DNA from: Bacteroidota bacterium
GTDB taxonomy: Bacteria > Bacteroidota > Bacteroidia > Bacteroidales > VadinHA17
Assembly: GCA_043800695.1 (NCBI GenBank)
Contig: JAZDMU010000012.1
Location: 13,883 to 77,882 of the forward strand
Length of the DNA stretch: 64,000 bases
Direction of reading: 5' to 3'
Position 1 is the stretch's first letter. Every line of letters begins with the position of its first letter. The notes below the pieces were generated by a model. That model ran no database searches. It worked only from the letters and a program-made list of their open reading frames with translations, and was not told the DNA's origin. The position numbers and the translations under genes were made by a program. Below are positions 48,542-57,511 of this stretch, piece by piece.

Positions 48542-49687
48542 ATGAAACTTTTCCGGCTTTCACTGATTGCCACCGCACTCGCCATATCCTGCTCGAACAA
48601 TGAAAACAAACACCTGCAGGAAGCCAGGTTTGACAATAATTCAATAGTAAGCCGGGCCGGAAGGTTCTCACTGGAGAAAACAGATTCATGTACACTACTT
48701 ACAATTACCGACCCATGGCAGGGGGCAAAAGACATAAAGAAGGTTTACTTTCTGGTTGACAGGAATGAGAAACTGTCTGAAACGGCAGACAAGAATTCAG
48801 TTATTTACGTACCGGTTGAAAAAATGATCTGCATGTCGACCACACATGTGGCAATGGTTTCTGCGCTCGGACACGGTGATGCTATTGTTGGAGTATCCGG
48901 CGCTGGTTTTATGTTTAGTCAGGAGATTTCGGAAAAAATCAAAAGAGGCAATGTTTATGATGTCGGATATGAGGCCGGGATGAACAATGAACTGATATTA
49001 AGCCTCTCCCCGGATCTTATAATGATGTATGGCATTGGAAGCGAATCGGCAGGATACCTGTCGAAGGTGCAGGAACTGGGGATAAAGGTGATGTTTAATG
49101 CCGATTACCTCGAAAATGATCCTCTTGCAAAAACCGAATGGATCAAATTGTTCGGCGCATTGTTCTGCGAGGAAGAGAAGGCAGACTCACTTTTCAGGAC
49201 AATCTGCTTGTCCTATGACCAGATAAAAAGCTATATTGAGCAGAACGCTGCTGAGAAACCGGATGTGCTCCTTGGATTGCCATTCCGTGACACATGGTTC
49301 ATATCTCCCGGCGACTCCTATGCAGCCCGTTTTATTGCTGATGCCGGTGGAAATTATCTCTGGCACGAAACAAGATCATCAGTGTCGATGCCTTACAGCC
49401 TTGAAGTTGTTTACATCAGGTCGCTGAAGGCTGATTTCTGGATCAATACGGGAAGTGCCGGTTCAAAAAAAGAAATAATATCGCTTGATCCGCGGCTTGA
49501 AAAAATCCCCCCGTTCCGGAACGGGAATCTTTATAACAACAATAAAAGAGTATCGCTGTCGGGAGGCAATGATTACTGGGAAAGCGGGATCCTTCAGCCG
49601 CATATCATCTTAAAGGATATTGCTGCGATCCTGCATCCCGATCTTTTTCCCGGATATGAGCTTTATTATTACAGTAAATTGGAATAG
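48542..49687 (+). CDS. btuF: ABC transporter periplasmic binding lipoprotein (BtuF/FecB-like, cluster A)
   Basis: Lipoprotein start MKLFRLSLIATALAISCSN at 48542 (the ORF-caller GTG is at 48515). The fold has the character of vitamin B12/siderophore binding proteins. Locus context supports the call. Confidence 0.65.
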   Translation: MKLFRLSLIATALAISCSNNENKHLQEARFDNNSIVSRAGRFSLEKTDSCTLLTITDPWQGAKDIKKVYFLVDRNEKLSETADKNSVIYVPVEKMICMSTTHVAMVSALGHGDAIVGVSGAGFMFSQEISEKIKRGNVYDVGYEAGMNNELILSLSPDLIMMYGIGSESAGYLSKVQELGIKVMFNADYLENDPLAKTEWIKLFGALFCEEEKADSLFRTICLSYDQIKSYIEQNAAEKPDVLLGLPFRDTWFISPGDSYAARFIADAGGNYLWHETRSSVSMPYSLEVVYIRSLKADFWINTGSAGSKKEIISLDPRLEKIPPFRNGNLYNNNKRVSLSGGNDYWESGILQPHIILKDIAAILHPDLFPGYELYYYSKLE

Positions 49688-49705
49688 ATATCTTAAAAAA
49701 AAGCA

Positions 49706-50764
49706 GTGAAGCATAGCCCGCGATCAGAAGGATTCTTCCGTTGGAAACGTAAAACATTGATATTTACTGTTTTATCAATACTTGTTCTGGCTGCATTTTG
49801 TCTTGATATACTGCTGGGTTCCGTTAATATCAGATTACACGATATAGTATCTGCCCTGTTTGGAGACGGAGATCCTGGCATTGAAACAATAATCCTCAAA
49901 TTCCGGCTTCCCAAGGCGGTTACTGCGTTATGTGCCGGCATTGCGCTTTCGGTGAGCGGCCTTCAGATGCAGACACTGTTCAGGAATCCCATGGCCGGGC
50001 CGTATGTCCTGGGAGTAAGTTCGGGTGCCAGCCTTGGAGTCGCACTTGTCATATTAGGTTTCTCGGCAAGGTTCGTTCCCGGTAATATTCAGAGCCTTGG
50101 AAACTGGGCACTGGTTATTTCAGCCTGGATAGGAGCAGGGGGGGTGATGCTGCTGATAATGTTCATATCGTCACGGATAAGGGAAATAATGACAATCCTG
50201 ATAATCGGAATTATGCTGGCAAGCGGCATATCGGCTATAGTAAGCATCCTGCAGTATTTCAGCAATGAGACAATGCTCAAGGCTTATGTGATCTGGACCA
50301 TGGGCAGCCTTGGAAACCTGTCAGGGGGCCAGCTGAATGTGCTGGTTTTAACATCACTTGCCGGAGTGATCCTGAGCCTGGCATCTGTAAAGATGCTTAA
50401 CGCCCTGCTGCTTGGCGAGAATTATGCCACAAGCATAGGATTGAACCTGAAACTTACCCGATTTTTAATTTTCGCGGGAACAAGCATCCTCGCAGGAAGC
50501 GTCACGGCATTCTGCGGGCCGATAGGTTTTATCGGCATAGCAGTCCCTCATATAGCGCGTAACCTGTTCAGAAGCGCTGACCATTCAGTGCTTGTTCCCG
50601 GAACCATCCTTGCGGGCGGCATAGTGATGCTCGCCAGCGATATAATTTCTCAGCTTCCGGGATCAGCAAGCGTGCTTCCGGTAAACTCGGTAACATCGCT
50701 TATCGGAATACCGGTTGTGATCTGGATCATTTTACGCAACAGGAAGGAGACCATTACAATATGA
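49706..50764 (+). CDS. btuC: FecCD-family ABC permease
   Basis: About 9-10 TM segments with conserved FecCD motifs (RNPMAGPYVLGVSSGASLG, GPIGFIGIAVPHIAR). GTG start. Confidence 0.8.
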   Translation: MKHSPRSEGFFRWKRKTLIFTVLSILVLAAFCLDILLGSVNIRLHDIVSALFGDGDPGIETIILKFRLPKAVTALCAGIALSVSGLQMQTLFRNPMAGPYVLGVSSGASLGVALVILGFSARFVPGNIQSLGNWALVISAWIGAGGVMLLIMFISSRIREIMTILIIGIMLASGISAIVSILQYFSNETMLKAYVIWTMGSLGNLSGGQLNVLVLTSLAGVILSLASVKMLNALLLGENYATSIGLNLKLTRFLIFAGTSILAGSVTAFCGPIGFIGIAVPHIARNLFRSADHSVLVPGTILAGGIVMLASDIISQLPGSASVLPVNSVTSLIGIPVVIWIILRNRKETITI

Positions 50765-51765
50765 CTGGCAGGGATGAACATAATATATTGCTGCTTGATT
50801 CGCTTGAAATCGGATATTCATCAGGTAAAAAATCTTATTCGTTGCTTCCCCCGCTTTCCGCATCTTCAAAGGGAGGAGAGCTTATTGCCGTCATCGGCAG
50901 AAACGGGATCGGAAAAAGCACGATGCTCCGGACACTGGCAGGGCTGCAGCCTTCCCTTGGAGGAGACGTTATAATCAACGGGAAAAGTATCCGGGAATAT
51001 TCCAGGCTTGAGCTGGCAAAGAGAACAGGATATATTTCCACTGAAGTAGTCAGGGTAAGCAATATGAGCGTATTCGACCTGGTATCGCTGGGGCGGTTCC
51101 CTCATACTAACTGGCTGGGAACCGCCGGTCATGGGGACCATATGTCTGTTGAAAATTCAATTGCAAGGACAGGGCTTTCTGATCTCCGGAACAGAAATAT
51201 CTCTGAAATATCCGACGGTGAGCGTCAGAAGGCGATGATCGCCAGGGTACTGGCTCAGAACACTGATTTCATGATTATGGATGAGCCGACAGCCTTCCTC
51301 GATATTGCAGGTAAATACGGGATCGTAAGCCTTCTGATGAAGCTTGCCGCAGACGGGAAAACAATAATATTCTCAACTCATGATTTCACCATTGCCCTGA
51401 ACCACGCTGATAAAATATGGCTTTTGCTCGACGACAGGCTCGTTGAGGGTGCTCCTGAAGACCTGGTTTCGGAAGGAGCATTTGAGAACCTGTTCGAATC
51501 GTCGGTAGTGAAATTCAATTCCGGGGACGGGGCCTTCTCATTTATGACTGAAAAACGGGGGGTGATATACCTGGAGGGCCAGGGGTTAGTAAGAAAATGG
51601 ACCGAAAAGGCATTATTGCGTGCAGGCTTTGTCCTGACAGATTCACGAACAGATCCCTATATAAAAATAACCGGCAATCCGGAAGCAAAATGGATACTGG
51701 TGTCTGGCGGAAGAACAGAGGGTTTCAGATCGCTTTATGATCTTGCACGAAAGCTCAGGAAATGA
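50761..51765 (+). CDS. btuD: ABC transporter ATP-binding protein (iron/B12 type) with C-terminal extension
   Basis: Walker A GRNGIGKST, signature-like ISDGERQ and Walker B MIMDEPTAFLD. A 4-nt overlap with the permease. Confidence 0.8.
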   Translation: MTGRDEHNILLLDSLEIGYSSGKKSYSLLPPLSASSKGGELIAVIGRNGIGKSTMLRTLAGLQPSLGGDVIINGKSIREYSRLELAKRTGYISTEVVRVSNMSVFDLVSLGRFPHTNWLGTAGHGDHMSVENSIARTGLSDLRNRNISEISDGERQKAMIARVLAQNTDFMIMDEPTAFLDIAGKYGIVSLLMKLAADGKTIIFSTHDFTIALNHADKIWLLLDDRLVEGAPEDLVSEGAFENLFESSVVKFNSGDGAFSFMTEKRGVIYLEGQGLVRKWTEKALLRAGFVLTDSRTDPYIKITGNPEAKWILVSGGRTEGFRSLYDLARKLRK

Positions 51766-51766
51766 T

Positions 51767-53185
51767 TTACATACCGTATTTTCGGTAGTTCTCAATAAAT
51801 GCCGGTATGTCATCAATAGCCAGTTTCTTGGCAATGATCTTCTTGTTCCGGTCAAGTATATAGATCATCGGTGTGGACTGGACATTATAGTAGAAGTCGA
51901 AATATGATTTCCGGTCAGGATCCCAGCCGTTTATCCATTTGAGCCCGTTATCTTCAATATATTTTGCCCATTCTTCCTTATTGTCGGTTGTACATACTGC
52001 GAAAACTTCAACCCCCTGGCTGGCTGCTTTTTCGTAATATTCCTTAAGCCTGGGGGTAGCCTCCTTACAGTGACCGCAGTTAGGCTCCCAGAAATAGAGT
52101 ATCGTGAAATCCTTTTCTACATCATGAAGCGAAACATATTTACCGCTGTAGGAATTCATGACAAGGTCTTTAGCGGTCATCCCGATCAGGTTGTTCCTTA
52201 GAAGCTCGACTTGCTTTGCCAGGTCATCCCTGAACTCTTTGGTGGTCCAGTCAGCCTTTTCTGAAAGGTAAATATCATCTGCCAGCTTTACCATTACCGC
52301 ATCGTGACCCATTATTTCGCTTTCCCGGAAATGGTTGAAGAGAAAGACCGAAACGAACTGGAAGACCTTCGGAGCTGACTCACATTTTCTGATGATCTTG
52401 TCTATTTCCCTGTTAATGGAGTCGGGGTACTGGATAACGACGTTTGAGAAAAAAGTCTCAAGCCGGGCATAAAGAATGGGAGTACGAAGGATCCTCTCAT
52501 CCGTAAGTTCAATATTTTCGAAAAAATGATCCTTGTTGTAGTTGTACTTTCGTACCCAGATGACGGAATCAGGATTATGGGTGCCGGCAGGCAACTTAAA
52601 ATCGGGAATATCTACCGGCAGCATCGATCTGACAAGCATTGCGAGGAGATTGTCGCCATTTTCATCAACAACGGTTCTCAGATATGATTTCATTGACTCT
52701 TCCTGTGATTTTTGCTTCTCAGAAAGTATCCTGACTGAATCACTGTTCTGTTTGTTTGCCTGCATCCTCCTTCCTAATCCCTGTGCCTGCTTCTGAAGCG
52801 ATGTCCATTTCTTCTGATATTCAACGAATCCTGTATTTTCTTCAGACCCGCTGAAGCGGAGTGTGTTGTAATAATCTGAATAATTGCAGGTTACGTAGAA
52901 TATCTGGTCGTCAGATGCGAGAAACTCGAAGTATTGTTTCCCGGGAAGAACTATCATGTAAATTCCCTGTGGAAGTGTTTCGGGTCCTGAAAAAACACCA
53001 TAGCCCCGGTTGTCCAGTTTTACGGTGTCTTTAATATACTGTTTGTCGCCGAAATGGTATGCAAGATAAACGGAGGAATCTCTAAGTCCGTTGACAGTTA
53101 CAGATATCTCATGATTATACTTCAGCTGGCATTTTGCGATTGCAGGAATAAGAAAAAGGATTATCAGGGGAATAGCTCTTTTCAT
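51767..53185 (-). CDS. Thioredoxin-fold (TlpA/ResA-like) thiol-disulfide oxidoreductase with N-terminal DUF5106-like domain
   Basis: FWEPNCGHCKE CxxC motif. Signal peptide MKRAIPLIILFLIPAIAKCQ at the ATG at 53185 (verified). Confidence 0.7.
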   Translation of the reverse strand: MKRAIPLIILFLIPAIAKCQLKYNHEISVTVNGLRDSSVYLAYHFGDKQYIKDTVKLDNRGYGVFSGPETLPQGIYMIVLPGKQYFEFLASDDQIFYVTCNYSDYYNTLRFSGSEENTGFVEYQKKWTSLQKQAQGLGRRMQANKQNSDSVRILSEKQKSQEESMKSYLRTVVDENGDNLLAMLVRSMLPVDIPDFKLPAGTHNPDSVIWVRKYNYNKDHFFENIELTDERILRTPILYARLETFFSNVVIQYPDSINREIDKIIRKCESAPKVFQFVSVFLFNHFRESEIMGHDAVMVKLADDIYLSEKADWTTKEFRDDLAKQVELLRNNLIGMTAKDLVMNSYSGKYVSLHDVEKDFTILYFWEPNCGHCKEATPRLKEYYEKAASQGVEVFAVCTTDNKEEWAKYIEDNGLKWINGWDPDRKSYFDFYYNVQSTPMIYILDRNKKIIAKKLAIDDIPAFIENYRKYGM

Positions 53186-53304
53186 TGAATTGTCTGATAG
53201 TAAAGTGATGACAAAAATAGTCATTACAATTTCTTTGCCAAATTCATAACATTTCATTATTAATAATTATTGTATTTTTGATCTGTTAATTCTGAGGGTA
53301 GATA

Positions 53305-54258
53305 ATGACAATTTCATTGCTCATTCCGGTTTGTGATTATGATATTGTGGCATTGGTATACAGCATGAAGAGCTGTCTGGGGAAGATACCTGAACTGCTT
53401 GAGATCATCATCGGCGATGACGGATCTACTGCCGAGAACCGGGTAAAGTACAAATCGCTGGAAAGCGAAGGAGTGCGATTAATTGTCTCAGAAAAGAACA
53501 TTGGCAGGGCGGCAATACGCAACAGGCTGGCACTTGAAGCCAAAGGAGATTATCTTCTTTTTATTGATTCAGATGCCATGATACCTGCCACTGCTGAGAC
53601 ATATCTTCAGAACTGGCTCAGCGCCATGTCATCAGCGCGGGTGATGTCAGGAGGCATCCTTTACCATGAGAGCCCTCCGGGCGATCCTGAGAGGATACTC
53701 AGGTGGAGATACGGAATCAAAAGGGAACAATGGAAAGCCTCCGAGAGGAACAAGCATGCCTATTCCTCTTTTACGACATTCAACGTACTGATCGACAGGA
53801 ACATATTCTCGAAGCTGCGTTTCAACGAAGAGCTTCGCCAGTACGGGCATGAGGATACCCTGTTAAGCTACCAGCTTAAAAAAGCAGGTATCGGCATTCT
53901 TCATATTGACAACGGACTCATACATGAAGGTCTTGAAACAAACCATGAATTCCTTGAAAAAACGAAGCTGGGACTCGAGAACCTGAGCAGGCTCTATGAC
54001 CGTGTTACCGATAAGAAGACTTTCTCGTCGTCAGTTTCGATGCTTCGTATATATAACAGGATAAGGTTATTCCGGGTACGGCTGATACTGGTGGCCATCT
54101 TCATCCGCTTCAGGGAGAGAATGGAGCTCAGGATAGATTCTTCTGATCCTCCGCTCTGGCTTTTCAGCTTCTATAAGGTATGTATGTTCTGCACCTTCAG
54201 GGAAATTCACAGCAGGCGAAAGCTCGTACCTGTGCTTCTCCCGGATATAGACATCTGA
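53305..54258 (+). CDS. Glycosyltransferase family 2
   Basis: SLLIPVCDYD...GDDGS...FIDSD motifs (DxD). Confidence 0.65.
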   Translation: MTISLLIPVCDYDIVALVYSMKSCLGKIPELLEIIIGDDGSTAENRVKYKSLESEGVRLIVSEKNIGRAAIRNRLALEAKGDYLLFIDSDAMIPATAETYLQNWLSAMSSARVMSGGILYHESPPGDPERILRWRYGIKREQWKASERNKHAYSSFTTFNVLIDRNIFSKLRFNEELRQYGHEDTLLSYQLKKAGIGILHIDNGLIHEGLETNHEFLEKTKLGLENLSRLYDRVTDKKTFSSSVSMLRIYNRIRLFRVRLILVAIFIRFRERMELRIDSSDPPLWLFSFYKVCMFCTFREIHSRRKLVPVLLPDIDI

Positions 54259-54951
54259 TCAGGTATCCAACTTCATCAGATCGATATTCCCATCAGGTCT
54301 TCTCTCGCCTTTCAGCACAAAGCTGAACCTGTTAACCATAGTGCATAGGAAGAAATCAGTGGGCGGAGAGTAGCTCAGGTTGGCAGGATCAAAGAACCTG
54401 CTTCCTGATCCGTATCTGAGTTCAGCGATCTGCTTGTCAAAGCTGATATTTTTACCAGTAAGCCCTGCCCTGATCATTTCAGCACATATCAGGTCCTCCT
54501 CAGCCGGAATGGATGCTCTGTAACCCATTGCCACCAGAGATACCTGTTCAGGATCAAGGGATTTTATATATCTTACCACGGCGCCCCCGTTAACAAGGCT
54601 CCCGGTAAGAAGAACGCCGGCATTCATGGCATTAACCAGGCCGTTTGTTCCGGCAGTGGTTGTTTGTATCACTGTTTTCCCTGTGAGGTCCGCCTTAAGC
54701 ATTTCAGTTGGGCTGTTCCCGTAATCAAAGCCTTCAATTTTACGCTCACCCCTTTCACCTGTCAGTATGGAGGTCCGGTAGCTCTTCTTCAGGTCAAATG
54801 CCTTTTGAACCTCCGAAGTGGCTATCACCCTCACGGCTCCTGAATCGAAAGCATAGCAGGCAACGGAGAATGCCCTGAAGACATCAATGATGACTGTGAC
54901 TCCCTTTGCTCTTTTTGCACCTTCAACAAACTCAAGGATTTCTATATGCAT
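54259..54951 (-). CDS. 2-phosphosulfolactate phosphatase family protein (ComB-like)
   Basis: VTVIIDVFRAFS and TTTAGTNG motifs characteristic of the ComB family. 230 aa. Confidence 0.65.
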   Translation of the reverse strand: MHIEILEFVEGAKRAKGVTVIIDVFRAFSVACYAFDSGAVRVIATSEVQKAFDLKKSYRTSILTGERGERKIEGFDYGNSPTEMLKADLTGKTVIQTTTAGTNGLVNAMNAGVLLTGSLVNGGAVVRYIKSLDPEQVSLVAMGYRASIPAEEDLICAEMIRAGLTGKNISFDKQIAELRYGSGSRFFDPANLSYSPPTDFFLCTMVNRFSFVLKGERRPDGNIDLMKLDT

Positions 54952-55033
54952 ATCCGGAATACCTGATCTGAAAAATAATAATAATTTTCATTAATCGCCC
55001 CGTCAATTTTGTATATTTGAAAAAATACCTGTG

Positions 55034-56377
55034 ATGGCAAATCCTGTATCGTGGGCAATAGAACAGGTTAAAAACCTGAACGATGCTATCTGGCATACAC
55101 CTCTTTCAGAGTTATCACGCAGGAAAACATTCCTTATAAAACAGGCGAGGATACTCTTTATAGCCGGCCGCAGCTCGCTGAAAGACAGAGTGGAACTCAG
55201 GGCTTCAGCCCTTACATTTTACACCATGCTTTCGATCATCCCCGTTATCGCAATAGCGTTTGCAATAGCCAAGGGATTCGGCCTCGATCAGAATCTTGAT
55301 TCAGTCATTACCAATTCAAAGGATTTCCAGTCATACAGCCAGATCCTTACTCCGCTTCTTGACAGAGCAAGGGATACAATCCAGGAGACAAGGGGAGGAT
55401 ATATAGCAGGTGTTGGCATGATAATACTCTTCTGGTCGGTTATATCGCTTCTGGGACAGATTGAAAGTTCATTCAATCATATCTGGCAGATAGCATCCGC
55501 AAGGCCCTGGTACAGAAAATTCACGGATTACCTTACCATAATGCTGTTCGCGCCTGTGCTTCTGATCCTGTCAAGCAGCATTACCGTTTTTATCAGCACT
55601 GCGCTTACGGAATTCATGTTGAAAGCGCCGATCCTGGCTTTTTTTAAGCCGGTTATCAGCCTCCTGATCAAGTTTGCCCCCTTTCTGCTTACCTGGACAA
55701 GCCTGACCCTTTTGTTCATGGTCATGCCGAATGCAAAGGTCAAATTTATGCCGGCGATGATCTCGGGCATAATTGCAGGTTCGCTCCTTAAGATTCTTCA
55801 ATGGCTCTATCTTGACCTTCAGTTTGGCATTACAAAGTTGAGCGCGATCTACGGAGGACTTGCAGCGATTCCCCTGTTCATCATCTTCCTTCAGACAACA
55901 TGGATAATTATTCTGATAGGGGCTGAACTCTCGTTTGCCAACCAGAATATTTCAAGATACGAATTTGAATCCGAGGCGCTTAATGTGAGCCATTTCCATA
56001 AAAGAGCCCTTGTGATCCTGATAATGAATATGATAATCAGGAACTTTGCTGTGGGAGAGAAGCCTGTAGGCGCCGAGAGCATCGGAAAATCCCTCAGGAT
56101 ACCCGTGCGACTCGCGCGTGACATTCTGGCGGACCTTACCAAAGCAAATCTTGTTTCTGTCATATATGAAAAAGACCAGATCGAGAGGCTTTATCAGCCG
56201 GCACTTGATATTAATAAGCTAACAGTGAGTTATGTGCTTTCAAAGCTCGACAAAAAGGGTATTGAACATCAGATCGTGATCAACAACAAAGACTTTGAGA
56301 GGATTGTCGCCATGCTTGAAAAATTTGACAGGATCACTGCCAAATCAGATTCTAATATCCTGATCAGGGATCTTTAA
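55034..56377 (+). CDS. YihY/BrkB family membrane protein
   Basis: N-terminal pattern (ASALTFYTMLSIIPVIAIAFAI), six TM segments and a cytoplasmic C-terminal extension. Confidence 0.7.
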   Translation: MANPVSWAIEQVKNLNDAIWHTPLSELSRRKTFLIKQARILFIAGRSSLKDRVELRASALTFYTMLSIIPVIAIAFAIAKGFGLDQNLDSVITNSKDFQSYSQILTPLLDRARDTIQETRGGYIAGVGMIILFWSVISLLGQIESSFNHIWQIASARPWYRKFTDYLTIMLFAPVLLILSSSITVFISTALTEFMLKAPILAFFKPVISLLIKFAPFLLTWTSLTLLFMVMPNAKVKFMPAMISGIIAGSLLKILQWLYLDLQFGITKLSAIYGGLAAIPLFIIFLQTTWIIILIGAELSFANQNISRYEFESEALNVSHFHKRALVILIMNMIIRNFAVGEKPVGAESIGKSLRIPVRLARDILADLTKANLVSVIYEKDQIERLYQPALDINKLTVSYVLSKLDKKGIEHQIVINNKDFERIVAMLEKFDRITAKSDSNILIRDL

Positions 56378-57095
56378 GAACACCTTCCGCATTTTTGCTT
56401 TTTACCGCTCTCTTTTTCCTGAACTGCTCCACAAAATTTATGAATTCAGAAAATGAATTCCATCTGTTGAAAAGATAATGGGGGAGAGGAAGAATAATAT
56501 GGCGTGTAAGCTTTTGTCTTTTCCAGTAACTGTTTACATTTTCGGAAGGAAAAACCCTGTCTATTTCGCTTGATACCGCATAATCCCAATTGAAACCCGG
56601 TTCCGGCTGCTCCATTATCCTGTTATAGAGCCATCTGAGCTCGTCATGCAGTGATTTGACAGTTCGATGAGGTATCCTGTCAGCATTCAGCCTGAAAGTT
56701 CTCCTGTCGCCAAACATTCGCAGGTAGAATTTCTCAATGTTGGCCTCTGAGATGTTGTTAAGGGTGCCCTCAAATACCTTGAGAGGAATTCCGTACTGGT
56801 CATCTGCCGGCACCGGAGTGCCGTTAACTGCGATTGTAACATCAGGTACAATTCCGGTTTTTAATGATAAATATTCTGCTGCCCATACGCCAAGCGACCA
56901 GCCAATGAGAGTAATCTTCTTGTACACTTTCATCTCCGGCAGGACAAGAGCCTCGTCGGCCGAGTAGTTGTAGAAAAGGATGAAATCGAACTCATCGTTG
57001 CACAGAGGGGTAAAGACATTCTCGTCAGTGCCCCAGCCGCCGAAAAATACAACAAGCTGGTCATTCTTCTCCCGTCGCCTGATATATGTCCTCAT
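56364..57095 (-). CDS. DUF452/BioG-like alpha/beta hydrolase (possible pimeloyl-ACP methyl ester esterase)
   Basis: LVVFFGGWGTDENVF N-terminus and the nucleophile elbow GWSLGVW. Size is typical of BioG. Confidence 0.5.
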   Translation of the reverse strand: MRTYIRRREKNDQLVVFFGGWGTDENVFTPLCNDEFDFILFYNYSADEALVLPEMKVYKKITLIGWSLGVWAAEYLSLKTGIVPDVTIAVNGTPVPADDQYGIPLKVFEGTLNNISEANIEKFYLRMFGDRRTFRLNADRIPHRTVKSLHDELRWLYNRIMEQPEPGFNWDYAVSSEIDRVFPSENVNSYWKRQKLTRHIILPLPHYLFNRWNSFSEFINFVEQFRKKRAVKSKNAEGVLKDP

Positions 57096-57197
57096 GAACC
57101 CTTAAGATGGAATTAACCAATTTACCCTATCTACCGGGGGCAAAGATAATATAAATTTCATTCATTATTCCGGCAGGCTGAAGGGGAGGAGCGTGTT

Positions 57198-57420
57198 AAA
57201 AAGCATAAAAAAATAAGAGGAGAAAGGGTAGTCATGAAAATCAGGGAGCGGGCTTTATTAATGAGATAATTCCCGTGTCTACTGTCTGATAAAAGGACAG
57301 AACCATGGAAAGCTGGCGCTTTTCCTCAGGTTCCAGATGTGAAAGTCAATGTCTGCAATACAATCCTGTTGATTTTCACTCCCTACCCTTGCTCATCTCC
57401 TCTTATACCAATAGCATGAG
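57198..57420 (-). ncRNA. Candidate structured RNA (~220 nt) closed by a 28-bp long-range helix
   Basis: Minus-strand promoter: TTTG (57457-57454), a 19-nt spacer, then TATATTTG (57434-57427). Helix segments: 57396-57406 pairs with 57213-57223 (11 bp), 57383-57390 with 57224-57231 (8 bp), and 57370-57378 with 57235-57243 (9 bp). Apical hairpin at 57307-57325. On the minus strand the helix is followed by T7-ATGC-T5 (57213-57198). Confidence 0.35.
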
Positions 57421-57438
57421 CTTTAACAAATATATATA

Positions 57439-57446
57439 TAAATTTG
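57439..57446 (+). promoter_or_regulatory. Bacteroidota -7 promoter box upstream of the aconitase-family genes
   Basis: TAAATTTG lies 66 nt upstream of the ATG at 57512. Confidence 0.35.
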
Positions 57447-57511
57447 CAAATATCAAAATAATTTAAAAAATATTTTATACCTCTTATTAACTAAATTTGG
57501 ATCATTAAATA

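Noticed and set aside
57234-57269. The mini-ORF MKIRERALLMR*, preceded by AGGAG, considered as a possible attenuation leader peptide for the LeuCD-like genes.
   Set aside because: It has only two Leu codons. It lies 240 nt from the genes and upstream of their likely promoter. It sits inside the long-range helix of the candidate RNA. Shine-Dalgarno use is not expected in Bacteroidota.
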